From: Eledone cirrhosa
Taxonomy: Eukaryota
Length of the DNA: 64,000 nt
Direction: 5' to 3'
Assembly: GCA_964016885.1 (NCBI GenBank)
Contig: OZ024741.1
Coordinates: 383,408,001-383,472,000 of the forward strand
Made by a program: the position numbers and the translations under genes. Positions 15,204 to 28,890 of this stretch are shown piece by piece; the stretch's first letter is position 1, and each line of letters starts with the position of its first letter. The notes beneath the pieces were generated by a model that was given only the letters and a program-made list of their open reading frames with translations, made no database searches and was not told where the DNA came from.

Positions 15204-18180
15204 CTATAAAAGACGCACCCGATTTTGCTCGGGAATGAAAGTGTTACTTATATATTAGAAGAAAGCAAAACGTTGTATAGAAATTTGTTATTCTAAATAA
15301 ATGCCATTTATTCTTCAGTTGAGATAATCATGAAATCAATTCTGAATTCATGATACAGAAATTAATAAAAAATGAAAATACAAAATTTATCTCTGTTATG
15401 AGGGGAGATAAATTCTATCAAATGTTTTGAAGGAAATTTCTTAAGAGCTTCTGGGTAACCAACATTCTTTGTTTTCTGGTTTGGAGCATAGACAAATACG
15501 TCTTGTAAACAACCAACACTGGAGCAACAAACTTAAAGTAGACAATGAGAAAAGGACGACTAATTTAAGTGGAAGCCAGTAGATTTCAAAGTCAGACCTC
15601 GGACATGCGGCAATCCTCCTTTTTGCTACTCAGTTTTGTACGTGTCACATTAGACTGGTCCGAAGACTTCGCTTTTTTAGGAGATCCATCAGCTTTATGA
15701 CATTAAGTCTGAACACCCTGGCAATAATACCAAGGCGATCTTTGGGTTCTTAATCTTCGGGTTCTTGATCTTTTGGTTCATGTCATGTTGGGTTATATGT
15801 GAATATAACGAAGAGGACTGGACGTCCATAGTCTCTGACATATGTAAGTGCATCTTGGGTACGCTCATGCATATGCCGTGGACTTCCTGTAAAGTTGTCC
15901 AATGTTATCAGCAGCCAATGTTCCTTTGTTACTGATTGCATCTCTCAGTTAAATGTAGTCTGATGCACGATCTTCCTGGTGTGTTCTAATGTAAAGAAGC
16001 CTTTCTCCTTCAATTTTTGTATACATATCAATTGCAAATTACTGGAAGAACTCACGTGAATGATGAAGAATATTGAAGTCTTGCTCTCTTAATATGAAAA
16101 GCTAAGCAGAGGATTCCATGCAGCTTAGTGTTTTTGTGAGTGCAGGAACTATTGTTTTAAGATCTGTTTGTTTGATACCAACGTGATATCCATCTTGGCC
16201 AAGTGCACATATTAATGGATACTGGAGTGCATCATATGATCGGTGGGTTGAATTTATGTGCTACAACTTATCTCCTCTTCATTGAATAACAATATCCCTC
16301 CTTCCATACTACTCTCCTCTAATAATTGCTATTACTTCATTTGCAGCAGGGACATTGTAGCGGCCTGTGTTCATCAACAGGCTTTTTGTCTGTATCAATG
16401 ACTACCTTGTACTCAGTGAGTGGTGCACATTCCAATGCATATTAGAAATTTTTCTGAAGTAGTTATTCTTTGCATGCAACGTATCTTGAAGATCAAAGAT
16501 TAAATCTTCTTTCAGATTTTGGAAGGTTCAATGATCCTTACAAAGCCTGCTCCTTGCAATTTGCCACAAAATATAAGTGCAAACTGTGAATTTTGCCTTC
16601 AGTTAGCAACCAGGATCCAATACGAAGGTATGGTTCATCTTGGACATTAATAGTTGACTTGAAGTTCCCTTCTAATGTTTATCAAGAAGTGCATGGTCTT
16701 TGATGTGTTTCCCCAAAGCAATGCCTTCAAATATCTGGGAGTGTACCAAACCTCGGTAGAACAGCCGTTGCTTCTCCACAACAGATAGTGAGGGCTTCTC
16801 TTTCTCATGTCTTTCCTTTACAAAAACTGCATTCTTTTGATATTGCACCAATACAAATTATTCTGTAGAATAATCATGCTTTGGAGATCATAGTTGAAAG
16901 CTGATCTTTTCCAAGTCTCCTTGAAAGGTGCTATTCTTTTGTCAAACACATTCAGCCTATCTTGATCAAGACGCTTACGTCTCTCCTCTGAAGATTGGCG
17001 AAGTCCTGCAGCACCTGGGTGCTCCCTGTTTTTTCTTTGTCTAATCTCTCATTAACAACACTGGCAGCTTGTATTTGTGTTGCATCCTTTAAACGTGTTT
17101 CTCTTTCCTTTTTTTATCCTTGGCGGCGGTGGGTTGTATTCTGTTGACGTAATTGTTCTGACTGTTTTACCTTTGCCTCTTGAGACTCATTGGCCCTGCA
17201 TGCAGCAGCCCTCCTTCGGTCATTTACATGTTTTTGCTGTCGATGTGCAGGGGACTCTAGTGCCCTTGCTCTGGATACCTCTACTTGCCTTTGCTGCACT
17301 GTAGAATACCGTTCTTCTGCACGTCTTCCCTTTCTTCTTGCCTCGACACCAACGTCTTAAGAGCTTGTGGACAGTGAGTACATTTTTCTCCTTGGCATCT
17401 TTTTTGGAAATTGAAATTGGGATTAAATGAAAAATGAGTGAAATTTACATGTATAACTTCACACTAACACACTCACACACTCACACACACACACACACAC
17501 ACACAACATAACGCACAAAGTCACACTCACACGGGCGCGCGCGCACACACATATACACATAAGCAAACGTAACAACTCGAGAGAGAGTGAGTGAGAGAGA
17601 GAAAGAGAGAGAGAGAACAGTGACAGAAGTAGCTTTCTTTCTCTTTTTCTGCCATCACACATACAGGCATACACTCACACAAATACACACATATACATTC
17701 TCACAAATACACATATACATTCACACAAACACTCACACAGAGCGTGCAAAAGGTTGGAAGTCTGTTGGCTGTTTTTTTCCGTAGCTTTTTCACCATCCCC
17801 CTTCCTCTTTTACGCATACATACATTCCCACACATATGCACATATACTCACACAGAGTTGAAACGCTGTTTGATTATAATTTCGGCTCTCTTTCAATTTC
17901 TTTTTCTCCGATACAAACTTGTTCTCTCTCATTCTCATTCTGTGTTTCTCTCTCACACACACACTTATTCTAACTCATCCCCTGTAACTCTTATTCTCTT
18001 TTAGTATCTATGTCTGCTTTTCTCCTTTCTACACACACATACATTTACACACATACACACATATACACGCGCAGTGTTGAAACGCGTTTCAATTTTTTTT
18101 CGCCGTAGAATGTTCACCGTCCTAGTTTCATGTGGAGTGACATACGGACGGTCAGACGACTTTCGTCTTTTATTTATATA
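15204..18180 (-). mobile_element. Internally deleted, decayed Helitron (Rep/helicase remnant)
   Basis: Minus-strand remnants AFNYD, ECSFCK..ICCG, RYNVP..NEV, HRSYDALQYPL, QKRGLPH-like, FSH..L.V.CS.VG, TKNV.YPEAL; ATG at 17398; 3' hairpin cccgagcaaaatcggg (15218-15233); 5' tatataaataaaag near 18180. Confidence 0.8.
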
Positions 18181-18854
18181 CACTATACAACAAGTTCTCA
18201 ACCCATTTAGGCCAAACGCCCCTTTTTGTCCCTCGAAATCTCGAAACGCCCCCCTACCCTATTTTTCCATTTTTCAATATACTACTGATTTTGATATCAG
18301 TAGATTACTAAAAAATGTATTAACAATATTCCAAAGATACCATTGCAGGAAGCTGAGAGTATAAATACATTCCTTGAAAGGAAATATATAAATTTCAAAA
18401 AAAGGAACATAAATATTCTTTTTTATGAATACGGACCAGTTGATTTGTTATATTCCCACCAGGCGATACCAGCTATTTTGAACATTTATACAAGAGCAAC
18501 TCTGTCTATCACAAGAGTGCTCTTATCTGGAAGAAAGTGGCAATTATATCATTTCAAAACTTTCCAATGTTCCCTTTAATGAAATGGACAGAATAAATGT
18601 TGATATCTATATTGATGTCTCATCTGCTTTGTGAGCTTAGAGACCCCGAAAGAGGGATTTCATGACCACGCGGGAGGATATATTTATTAATAAATGGTAA
18701 AATATATACAACAAATGAGTAAGGAATTGTAGTAGATGGTTTCCAGTCCAGTCAGACTGCAACTACAAATAAAAAAAATTGTTAGTTTGCTTTGTAACAA
18801 TAGCATATCCAAGTTTTCGGATAAATTAACTTATTTAAACTTTGACCTCATTTC

Positions 18855-19915
18855 AATGGGACCCTTGAGCTTCATGGAGTCTAGCTAACTCTTTGCCGTG
18901 AGGCTGAATTTTCCTAAGATGTAGCCAGAGATCTCCACGTGTAATTACATTTTAGCGGTTGCGAGACTTACTGTGCAGTCTGGAAACAGCACCAAACCTC
19001 CTTTCGACTAAGTATGAGCTTGGAAAAGGCAAAGCAAATCTCTTAGCTTCTGCATGTAGGTGTGGAAATTAACGTCGAATTTCCTCTTGTATCCCAAAAA
19101 GGGGTTCACCTATTTTGGGAAATCTAATTTTGATCATGTCATCTGCTTGAGTTCAATGAATTCTTCTTGAAATTTAACGTCCAAATCGTCGACGTTAGCT
19201 ATGAAGGGATCTGCTATCCACATTGGGATGTCCATCGGCAAAAGGTCGACAAACCGTTCTCTCATGTTTTCTTGTAGTGCACGGAGGTGAGTGGTATAAA
19301 TTTGGAGTTGGTCATCACTTACAATGTTTTGAACATTGGCGACACTAGGAAAATTATAGAATTCCCGTCAACAAAGATTCCTTTCGATGACATTCAATTT
19401 GGCCAGGAATGTTTTCACAGCATTCCTTGCTTTAACCAAAGTGAACTTATTCCTCTGCAACGCCAAAATGACGCTATTGCATTTGTCGAAGATGTTGGTG
19501 ACGTAGGCGCAGTCTTGCCTCACATCGAGGGTTTTCTTGTACAGTTCTGTGTTGCGTCCTCGCAGAAACTCAATGATCGATTCGAAGAGTTCAAAGAAGT
19601 GAGTAAAGCACTTGCCCTTTGAAAGCCACCTCACCTCAGTATGAAGGAGCAACTTGACGAATTCTTCGTCATTATCTTGGCACAGTTGCCGGAAAATTTG
19701 TTCATTGAAGGAATGCCGCTTGATAAAATTGAAGCCATCAATGGCCACCTGCAAGGACTTGCTTAGCGGCTTCCTGAGTTTCTTCGCAGCCAAGTGTTGT
19801 CGATGAATGACACAATGAACAGCAAATACAGATAGATGTTCTCTCTTCAGAAGAGTGATGAAGCTCTTGTGTTGGCTGACTATTGCTCTTGCGTCGTCCG
19901 TAGCACATGATACAA
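18855..19915 (-). pseudogene. hAT transposase C-terminal half, disrupted
   Basis: VHCVIHRQHLAAK, LLLHTEVRWLSKGKC, FPSSYLVE, C-terminus HEAQGSH*; several frameshifts. Confidence 0.85.
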
Positions 19916-20275
19916 TGTGTATTGTATGTGGTCCTAGATGTATGTATTAGCTTCCTGTGTGTTGTATGTGGTCCTTGATGTGTGTATTACCTGCTTATGT
20001 CTTGTATGTGGTCCTATATGCTTGTATTACCTGATTATGTGTTGTATGTGGTCCTAGATGTTTGTATTACCTGCTTATGTGTTGTATGTGGTCCTAGATG
20101 TATGTATTACCTGCCTGTGTGTTGTATGTGGTCCTAGATGTGTGTGCTACCTCCTTGTGTGTTGCATGTGGTCCTAGATGCGTGTATTACCTGCTTATGT
20201 GTTGTATGTGGTCCTAGACGTGTGTATTATCTGATTATGTGTTGCATGTAGTCCTAGATGTGTGTGCTACCTGCA
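19915..20275. repeat. 40-bp minisatellite, about 9 copies
   Basis: Unit approx. tgtgttgtatgtggtcctagatgtgtgtattacctgctta. Confidence 0.95.
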
Positions 20276-20949
20276 TCTGTTTTTTCTTTTTTATACAATA
20301 GGGAATTATTTATACAATAGGGAATAAAATAGATCTACATAGTGTTAACTCGTTACGGTTGAGTCAATAATTTCAGACATGAAATACATTGTTATCGGTG
20401 AAGGAAAGATAAGATTCTAATTGGCTGCGCTCAAAGTATCCTTGACCCAGTTGACTGTGGGTTTTTCCCTTTTTAGGATCTCAATTACTGGTTAATGTCT
20501 CAATTACCGCACACGCCTGCACACCTGCTCACAGTTGCAGTCAGACTATAGTTATGCTGTCTGCAAGCTCATTCAAATGCATTCACAATGGCTGTCTCAA
20601 CGACATACAAATATGGGTTATAAAACATACCAAAATAAAGAGCCTTCCATCACCCCCTAACGGAACCTTGCTCCCAAACGCCCCCTTGGAGTTCTCAAAC
20701 GCCCCCCGGGGGTGCATATGCCCCCCGTTGGGAACCTTTGCACTATAACATGTGTCCTTTCTTTTCCAATGAGGTACGCTGATATTAGCTTCCCACTTTG
20801 CATAGAGCTCCGCTCTGCATGCATCCCACTTGTTAAATCTTTCTTGAAATCCACTCCTCCAGGCTGACCCATATCTGCTCAATGCGAGTCTATCTCTTGT
20901 CTCTTCAAACCAACAAGGCCTCCGGCTCTGATAATATTCTGTTCCCCCA

Positions 20950-20987
<38 letters not shown>

Positions 20988-21151
20988 ATATATTTAGAAA
21001 CACACAGATACATGCGGACACACACATATATACATGAATGCATCCGCACCCAACTGTGAGTTAAGGGTGCCAACTTCACCGATGTTGCTCAATGAATGAC
21101 TGGGACAGACCAATTCAGTTGAACTAGACTGAACCAGTATCAGAGTTAAAA

Positions 21152-21820
21152 ATACATTATGAAGAGAGAAGAAACATTTAGATATAATTAGTAATAAAAT
21201 GTATCATACCTAAACTGCTCCTAAATTCCTCGACTACGTAGTTTCGTGGCATAAACAAAAACAATATATCATAAAGATATAGAGTCCTTGCGAGGTCTGC
21301 CGACTTATCAAGAGGATACCTCATTTTACTAGTCTCAAGAACGCGTCTACACGACGTGAGAAAGAATCCCAAAAGGCGGAGGGGGAGATAGTCACGCGAT
21401 ATAACGGTCGAGAAACAGAGCTAAGCCTCTGATAACCTCGAAGAAAATACCACGGAGGCGGAGGGGGTATTTATATCGAGGCCGCAGGGGGTATTTATAT
21501 CGAGGCCCCTCCGCCTCCGTGGTATTTTCTTCGAGGTTATCAGAGGCTTAGCTCTGTTTCTCGACCGTTATATCGCGTGACTATCTCCCCCTCCGCCTTT
21601 TGGGATTCTTTCTCACGTCGTGTAGACGCGTTCTTGAGACTAGTAAAATGAGGTATCCTCTTGATAAGTCGGCAGACCTCGCAAGGACTCTTTATCTTTA
21701 TGATATATTGTTTTTGTTTATGCCACGAAACTACGTAGTCGAGGAATTTAGGAGCAGTTTAGGTATGATACATTTTATTACTAATTATATCTAAATGTTT
21801 CTTCTCTCTTCATAATGTAT
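21152..21820. mobile_element. Fold-back element with ~310-bp near-identical inverted arms; PLE pLTR-like, ends in (TA)n
   Basis: Identical ORFs 21178..21372(-) and 21600..21794(+); an HHR in each arm. Confidence 0.8.
21656..21745 (+). ncRNA. Hammerhead ribozyme variant (U3-A8 core, ~59-nt stem II); inverted copy at 21227-21316
   Basis: tcctc TTGATAA gtcggca...tgccac GAAA ctacgtag TC gagga. Confidence 0.65.
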
Positions 21821-24336
21821 ATATATATATATATATAAAACATGGGAAGAAAGAGGAAAACTGCGTGGTTGCACATGGGTTACATATTATAAAATTAGTC
21901 CCTCATCAGTGATTTGCCAACCATCATTGGTATTTCATCGCATTAAAAATCATATACCTCAGGTTGGTGCGAGCAATAACTAAAATAAGCCATTGGGACA
22001 AGTGAATCGCGTAAAGCGAGTGAGACAAGTAAACAACATAGAAGGAAAAGCAAACCGAAGGTAGGAAAAAAGCAAGCAACATGATGGTTATCCGGTCAGC
22101 ATAAGGTGGGTGAATTTCATGAGCGGTCAGAAAACAGACCGTCCGACGTGAATGAGATGTGAGAAAGAAAGAATCCCACTGCTAACGAACGGGAGGAAGT
22201 GAGAAAGGGAGAAACAGAGAGTGAGTGAGTGGAAGTGCGAGGAAGAGGTCAGTCGAGAGAAAATGTAACTGACAGAGGGTATATATATATATATATATAT
22301 ATATTATCCCGATCTTTGGAAACACGCTACAATGTATTCAATTTCGAAAAGCCTTACCCTGTCAACTACTTTTTTTTACGCTCACTTCCAACATCTTAAA
22401 GGTGACGAAAACAGCCTTCTCCAAAAGTTTGAAACTTTCTCTCACTCTCCTTCTTAAAGACTTCTAGTACGATTATCGTAGATTTACTCCTACTATTCTC
22501 CTGAGGTACGCACCATGGGCTTTCGCCCTCGAGAAATTCGGTGAAAACTATGTTGTTGCCACCGACGCCAACAAATCTTCCGAGCGTATCGGACACGCAA
22601 GTTTGACAAAAATGTTACCTGTAGTCATCCATCTAATTATCTCTTGTCATTTGAGTCAGTAGTTTTCTGATCGGTGATACAATCATTGATTATGAAAATC
22701 TATCACGCCCACTCTCTTCCTCTTGCTTTCTTTCTCATTCTCCTTTCAAATGTCACAGCGTTCGGTTTTATACCCATTCTGTTCTTCGCCGACCTACATA
22801 TTGTCACCTCTAGCAACGCATAGTGATGAATGGATTGATACACCTTTCACTCCACCCGAACATTCCGCACCCAAGCCTAATCTACATGTAACCCTCGACA
22901 CCTCCCACTAGTCTGCACCTACTCTTTGAAAAAACATCCCCTTATGTAAGCATGCCGATGTTTTCTTCGTCAACAGTGAAATAAACCCGAACAGCACGAA
23001 ATTAGAACCATCATGATCCCTTCAAGTATTAGATATCTCTATCACTGATGGATTCTTCTGTTCATGCTGAACATATTAAGAATGCATTACAAAATCAGTC
23101 GTTTCTTCAAGATCATAAATTATTTAATCCCGCAGCAAGTGCAAACACTCTACACAATTCAGGTGAAATACACAATGTAATACTGTTGCCACATATTTTT
23201 ATCGTTTTAATCACAAACAACTAGGCCTTGATGCAAAAAATATCCGCTCAACTGATCGACATAATATCATTCACAAACACTTAAGCTCAAAGTCATGCTG
23301 TCTCCTCTCTCTGTATTTACTGTCACTACCGCAGTATTATTTGTACCTTGGAGTTGGCAGATTTCGTGTAACTTCCAATCAAGCACTTTTCACATACTCC
23401 TCTCGTCACTTATACTACTCGTGCTACTCTAAGCCCTCGTAATGTCTACACTCTGTCCGTCCTCTCCAGAACGTTGCCCTTTACAATTATTTCCCCATAC
23501 ATGTTTTCACTGTGGAGTTCCAGTTGCAATTCATTAGGTGCAATGTTAACTGCGTGAATATCACTGGTCTAGGAAAGTCTGCTAAGGATTCAGGAATACA
23601 CCCTTAACCAATAAAATAAACGATTTTGTACTCATATTATAGCTCCTTAATTTCATAGTGTCTCATCTCCCAACGCTTAGATAAACAAATAACTCAATAT
23701 TGACGGCACAAGACAGTGAATCAAAGACGTGGAAGGTATCGAAATTTAATGTCATTTCTCAAATTGCCATCTCAAGTTTATATTAGGGAGAGAATTAAAG
23801 CCACCATATATCTCTTAACCGCAAAACATAATAATCTATGCATGACTTGAGAGGATATTATCATACCAGCCGTATGCGTGCTTCATTTTATGAGTCGGCA
23901 AATGATTTTCAAAAATATTGTAACTCAAAACTTCAACAGTATAAGAGCGAATCAACGTTTGGAAAGTATAATAAATGTATAGCCTAACTATGGTGATTTG
24001 TGCTAGTAAAAAATGATATGTTGATTATTTTTCCTTTGTCAAATGTTTTAATGCTGAATCTAAGGATAAAATAATTTTCTTCTGTTTGGAGAAGTGTTTC
24101 AGAAAATGTTTCAATTCACTTACTATTACGCCAGTTTTTTTAAGCTTTCCTAAATGAACACATGCCAATACGCATATGCAATACGCATTACTTTACACTA
24201 CCAATATTTTGTGGGCAAAACCGAAAATAAGATTGAAGAATTTCGAGATGTTGTGATAGTATGAAACATCTCAATAAAACAATTAAAAGGAAACTCACAA
24301 CATTCTCGACATTTTTGTAGTGCTATATGATATCAA

Positions 24337-24587
24337 TAATTGTTTCTATTTTAGGCACAAGGCCAGCAATTACCCAGTACATTACTGGTACTTATTTTAT
24401 CGACCCCGTAAGGATGTAAGGCAAAGTTAACCTCGGCGGGATTTGAACTCAGATCATAAAGTGACGTAACTCTATGCTTCAAAGCATGGTGTCCGACTCT
24501 CTACCGATACTGCCAATCCATCCTATATAATATCAATAATTGTTTCTACTTTAGGCACAAGGCCAGCAATTACCCAGTGCATTACTG
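24337..24587 (-). mobile_element. SINE plus adjacent partial second copy
   Basis: Full copy 24337-24523; 3' tail repeated at 24536-24587. Confidence 0.85.
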
Positions 24588-24810
24588 AAAGTATAAAACA
24601 GCTGCTTTTTTCTTCCTGAAATATGGTGGTTATCTCGGCGAGATAACAGACAAAGGTCAGTTAAGTGTAAAGGCTCTTAATGATGTAGATCCATCACACA
24701 GTAATGAACTGCGTCTGTATAAAAAAGCATATGCTTTATATAGTTTACTTATTTAATGAAATACAAAAGCGATTATAAGAGAAATGTATGATTATAATTC
24801 ATTATTAAGT

Positions 24811-25000
24811 GGCGGTGGATTGGCAGTATCGGTAGAGGGTCGGACGCAATGCTTTCCAGCATAGTTATGTCCCTTTATGATCTGAGTTCAAATCCCGCCG
24901 AGGTTAACTTTGCCTTTCATCCTTACGGGGTCGATAAAATAAAGTACCAGTAATACACTGGGATAATTGCTGACCTTGTGCCAAAAAGTAGAAACAATTA
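24811..25000 (+). mobile_element. tRNA-derived SINE
   Basis: TGGCAGTATCGG, GAGTTCAAATCC, gcctttcatccttacggggtcgataaa core. Confidence 0.88.
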
Positions 25001-25162
25001 TTAAACTCTTGTTTTCAGGTAAAGATTTCCTTCTTTGTGTTAAAAGAACGTAGAGTATTGGCAGAGTCGTTAGTCGCCGAATTAAATACCTATCTATTTG
25101 GTGTTCTGAGTTCAAATGCCTTTTAGGTGATTAAATAAATCATCAGTCCGCTCCTGGGACCG

Positions 25163-25246
<84 letters not shown>

Positions 25247-26147
25247 CCTCTCTTTCCATCTCGTGTGTGTGCTCTTTCATTCTTTTGAACAAATTGTCTG
25301 TGCTCAAACCTGAAGTTTACAGTTCCAAAGATATGCCGTATACCACGATGGCGTGCGTTTGATTCCATTAGATGTTAAGCACTTTTTTTCCTCTATGTTA
25401 ATGGGATCATCAATATATTCTGAACTTGTTAATTGGAAATTATTTACACACGCTACCTAGAAAATATAAAGAAAAATGTTTAAGTTCATTTTAAGGATAT
25501 TGAGAAAATACAGTTCCCTGACTTGTCGGTTTCTCTATTCTCTGCTGAAATAAAATAAGCAGATATTTAAAGTAACTAGCTTGGAGGAATTGAGTGAAAT
25601 AGCGTGAATGTATATGTAAAGATATTATTCAAAGATAAAGCCTAATTAGCACCACCAAACCTGCATTAGTAATAGCTAGGAAGGAAATTCTAAAGACGGT
25701 TATATTCATGGAGTAAAAATACGATATCCTTCTCATAATAGAACAACAGATTGAAAGTATACGAATGGTTTCGTTTACACAATTTAATATTATGGGTATT
25801 TTATATTTCTATCACAACGACCTTCTTCTCAAAATGTTAGTTTTCCTAAATGTAATGGTTAACACAATAATTAATATAAATATTTAAACAAGAATATTTC
25901 TCTTGGTTTTGATAATTCCATTCGGTTTTTTTTTTAAAAGTGTGGCTGAAGGATTTGGTAACTTCCTGAAGACATACATAGGGCTCAATTTGGCAAACTA
26001 CCAGGAATTGTAATCCTAAGCCTTTTCCAGATACTTTCTGTGGAGAGAGGAAATTATAATAACAACGGATAATGTATCTCGAAACATTTGAGCGGAAATG
26101 AACTAGATAGATTTAGGAAAGATATTGTGAAATAGGATTATATATTA

Positions 26148-26737
26148 CTAGCAGTGGTACCCGGCGTTGCACGGGATAAGTTATTTTGGAACGCGGGCCG
26201 CCGACAGACCTAATCGTGGAAAAACTGCATGCCTGGACAATATGTAAAGAAAATAAACCGAATACTCTTATGGCCGGATAATCTAAGATTTTCCTCGATG
26301 AAGCAGGAAAAGAACAGGTTTTCACCTAATGCGGGCATAATATGTTCACTATAATATGTTCACCTAATGCGATCATAATATGTAATTTATGTGCATAATA
26401 TGCCTTGAAATTTCGGGAAAATCGGCTAGACGTAACGCCTCAAAAAAGCCCTTAAAAGCTGAAAAAAATGAAGTTTTTTCACCTGATGCGGACTCTAGGC
26501 CATAAGAAAGTTGGATTTTCTTTGCTCATGGTATGAAGAAGAGACTGAGTAATACATAGTTACAATTTCAAGGAAATCGGTCTGAGGTAACGCCTAAAAA
26601 AAAACTAAAAAGCTGGAAAAAACGCAGTTTTTCACCTAATGCGGGCCCTAGGGGATCAAAAAGTTGAAATATAAGTAATACACATGTAAAGTTTTAAAAA
26701 GATCGGTTGGGTATTTCTCGGGTTTCACACACACACT

Positions 26738-26798
<61 letters not shown>

Positions 26799-26881
26799 TC
26801 ACACATACACACATACACACATACACACATACACACATACATACATCCTTCCTCAGTTTTATATATATATACATATATAGA
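26148..26881 (-). mobile_element. Non-autonomous Helitron
   Basis: 5' TCtatatatg..aaaactgagg; internal (GT)n and repeats; 3' hairpin cccgtgcaacgccggg then CTAG followed by T. Confidence 0.85.
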
Positions 26882-27337
26882 TTAAAATAACAGATTCAAG
26901 TTTAAGCAAAGAATCGTTGCTTTCACCCTTAACGGGATCTTCTGAAACTAAACACCTCAATCTGTGAACGCAGAAGTAAATATTTCGAAAAACGTTGCAA
27001 CCGAAGGAAAACAAGAAGATGATACTTTGGTTCGTGAAGACGTTCCCTTGCGATGAACGGATAATAGCGAACATAATATGTCATCAATGTTCGTCAGAAT
27101 GTCGTAATGCAGACAGTAGTCATACAGACAGACATTATAAGAGCGCGACGTACACCCCTTTAACAACAGAAAATTGAAAAATAAAAGCTGCAGTTAATAT
27201 CTTTAGACCGCAAGGAATATATAAATGCAAGTTTGAAGTCAATCGGAGTAGAAATGTGGATTTTTATAGACTTTGCAAAAATGAGGACACATATACACAC
27301 ACACACACAGACAACATCAGTTTTATATATATATAGA
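26882..27337 (-). mobile_element. 5' part of a second non-autonomous Helitron family
   Basis: 5' TCtatatatatataaaactg; homologous to 53935-54154 + 55011-55277 and to 48466-48660. Confidence 0.75.
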
Positions 27338-27499
27338 TAGTGACTAGACATCCGATTATTGTTAATTATTAGATAATACTTTTAATTTCAAGACAAAGTT
27401 AGTCATCATAATACGCCCAATGTGAATACATTCTTTATACGTACGGGTTCCAGCCACCCTCCTAGCAATTTACATAATTTAATATTTGTGGTGTATATT

Positions 27500-28110
27500 T
27501 TCAGATGAAAACACGATTACCAGTGTCCCTCTTTATTACAATGCAGCTCTATTTAGTATTAGATTTTCAGTGGAAAGATATTAACTGCCTGCATCTAATA
27601 TTCCAAAGCCTAAACATAGGAAACAGAACATTATGTAGAACAAAACTGTGAATAATGTATGTTTTCAAACACACATACCTTAGGCTTAATATCACTTTAT
27701 TTTCTAGCAAATCACGAATACCACAGAATATTTAACAGCAATTCCATAAAGGTTAATTACACTGCATATAAAACCTTTGTACATCCGAGACGAAATTATA
27801 ACACTAACCGTATTTCCAATACCATTAGTTTAAATTCCGCACCTATTTCTAACTGTTCTGATCGTAATTGTTGCCTCCGTGATAGAAAATGTATGGTGAA
27901 GTCAATACTGTACAAAAAGACACCTAAATGTATATATTGTATTAATTGAACCTGATTTTAAAACTCGTCTCTATCTACACACGCATATAGCTAGTTGCCT
28001 GGAAAGAGCATTGCTATAGAAATATTATCGAAATACATTTATTTTGTGAAAGAGTGACTCCTGCTGAGATTTAAGATAATTTATCAAGAGATATAAAGTG
28101 AAGTTTTCGG
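27500..28110 (+). pseudogene. Highly decayed PLE (Naiad-like) linker/GIY-YIG fragment
   Basis: NHEYHRIFNSNSIKVNY and SNCSDRNCC..RKCMVKSILY resemble NHKYHQILNRSTVKFSY and CNC..NC..NCLVNNIVY. Confidence 0.6.
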
Positions 28111-28299
28111 CCAAATCTGATTTCTATTTATGCTTATCTGAGAATCTGCTTAGTTTACCTCCAGATTCTGAAGTCGAAACTTAAGTTCTGAACATTTAAC
28201 ATCTTGTAAACTCATCCTATTATATTACTATAAGCACTCAAACTGATAATTATCTGCCAAGGACCGTTTTTGTGTCTATTCATTATGAACATTTTCGCC

Positions 28300-28859
28300 A
28301 ACATACAGATTAATATCTGTTCCTCTATATGCAACATAATACCATACACGAGATTGTAAGTCCTCTCAAGGAAGCCTGCACAGTGCACTTGACATATAAA
28401 TGGAGTTTCTTGGGAGCAGGTGGAGTAATTCAAGCATTTCAGGACTGTGTTCACGAGTGATGGAAGGCAGGAGGCTGAATTAAGTGCAAGAATTGGTGGA
28501 GCTGGTGCAGTAATACGCCAGGTTTAGTATTCGGTAATCAAAAGAAGAGAAGTAGGTGGAAATACCAAACGCGCTATCTTCAATTCGGTATTCGTGCCAA
28601 CCCTTATCTTTGGTCATGAATCTTGGCTAATGAGCGAAAGAATATGATCGCGAATACAAGCGGTCGAAAAGGGGTTCCTTCGAAGGGTATTTGCCGTAAC
28701 ATTACGTGATAGAGTGTGTTGCTCGGAGATCAGAGAGTCACACCAGGTAGAGCCGCCACTTCTGCGAATTGAGAGATCACAGCGCCGTTATTATAGGTAT
28801 GTGGTTGGAAGAAGAAGAAGAAGAAGAAGAAGAAGAAGAAGAAGAAGAAGAAGAAGAAG

Positions 28860-28889
<30 letters not shown>
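28300..28889 (+). mobile_element. RTE-clade LINE fragment ending in (GAA)n
   Basis: VFTSDGRQEAELSARIG, IFNSVFVPTLIFGHESW, FLRRVF.VTLRDRV..SEIRE, LLRIERSQ; (GAA)n at 28808-28889. Confidence 0.85.

Positions 28890-28890
<1 letters not shown>

Larger units (their letters stand above)
18189..20740 (-). mobile_element. hAT (Buster/Charlie-like) DNA transposon remnant
   Basis: Imperfect TIRs aacaagttctcaac / caaaggttcccaac (rc); 8-bp TSD cactatac (18181-18188) / cactataa (20741-20748) with central TA. Confidence 0.8.

Noticed and set aside
19915-20275. Possible CRISPR-like array
   Set aside because: Contiguous tandem units without unique spacers, no cas genes, eukaryotic context
21865-21915. Minus-strand CTGATGA ggg...ccc hammerhead candidate
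   Set aside because: No GAAA or stem III follows the putative stem II
22290-23600. Possible host exon or old LINE
   Set aside because: Higher complexity but no recognisable motif or sustained ORF; needs BLASTx
24811-24900. tRNA gene
   Set aside because: A/B boxes belong to a multicopy SINE head; no cloverleaf
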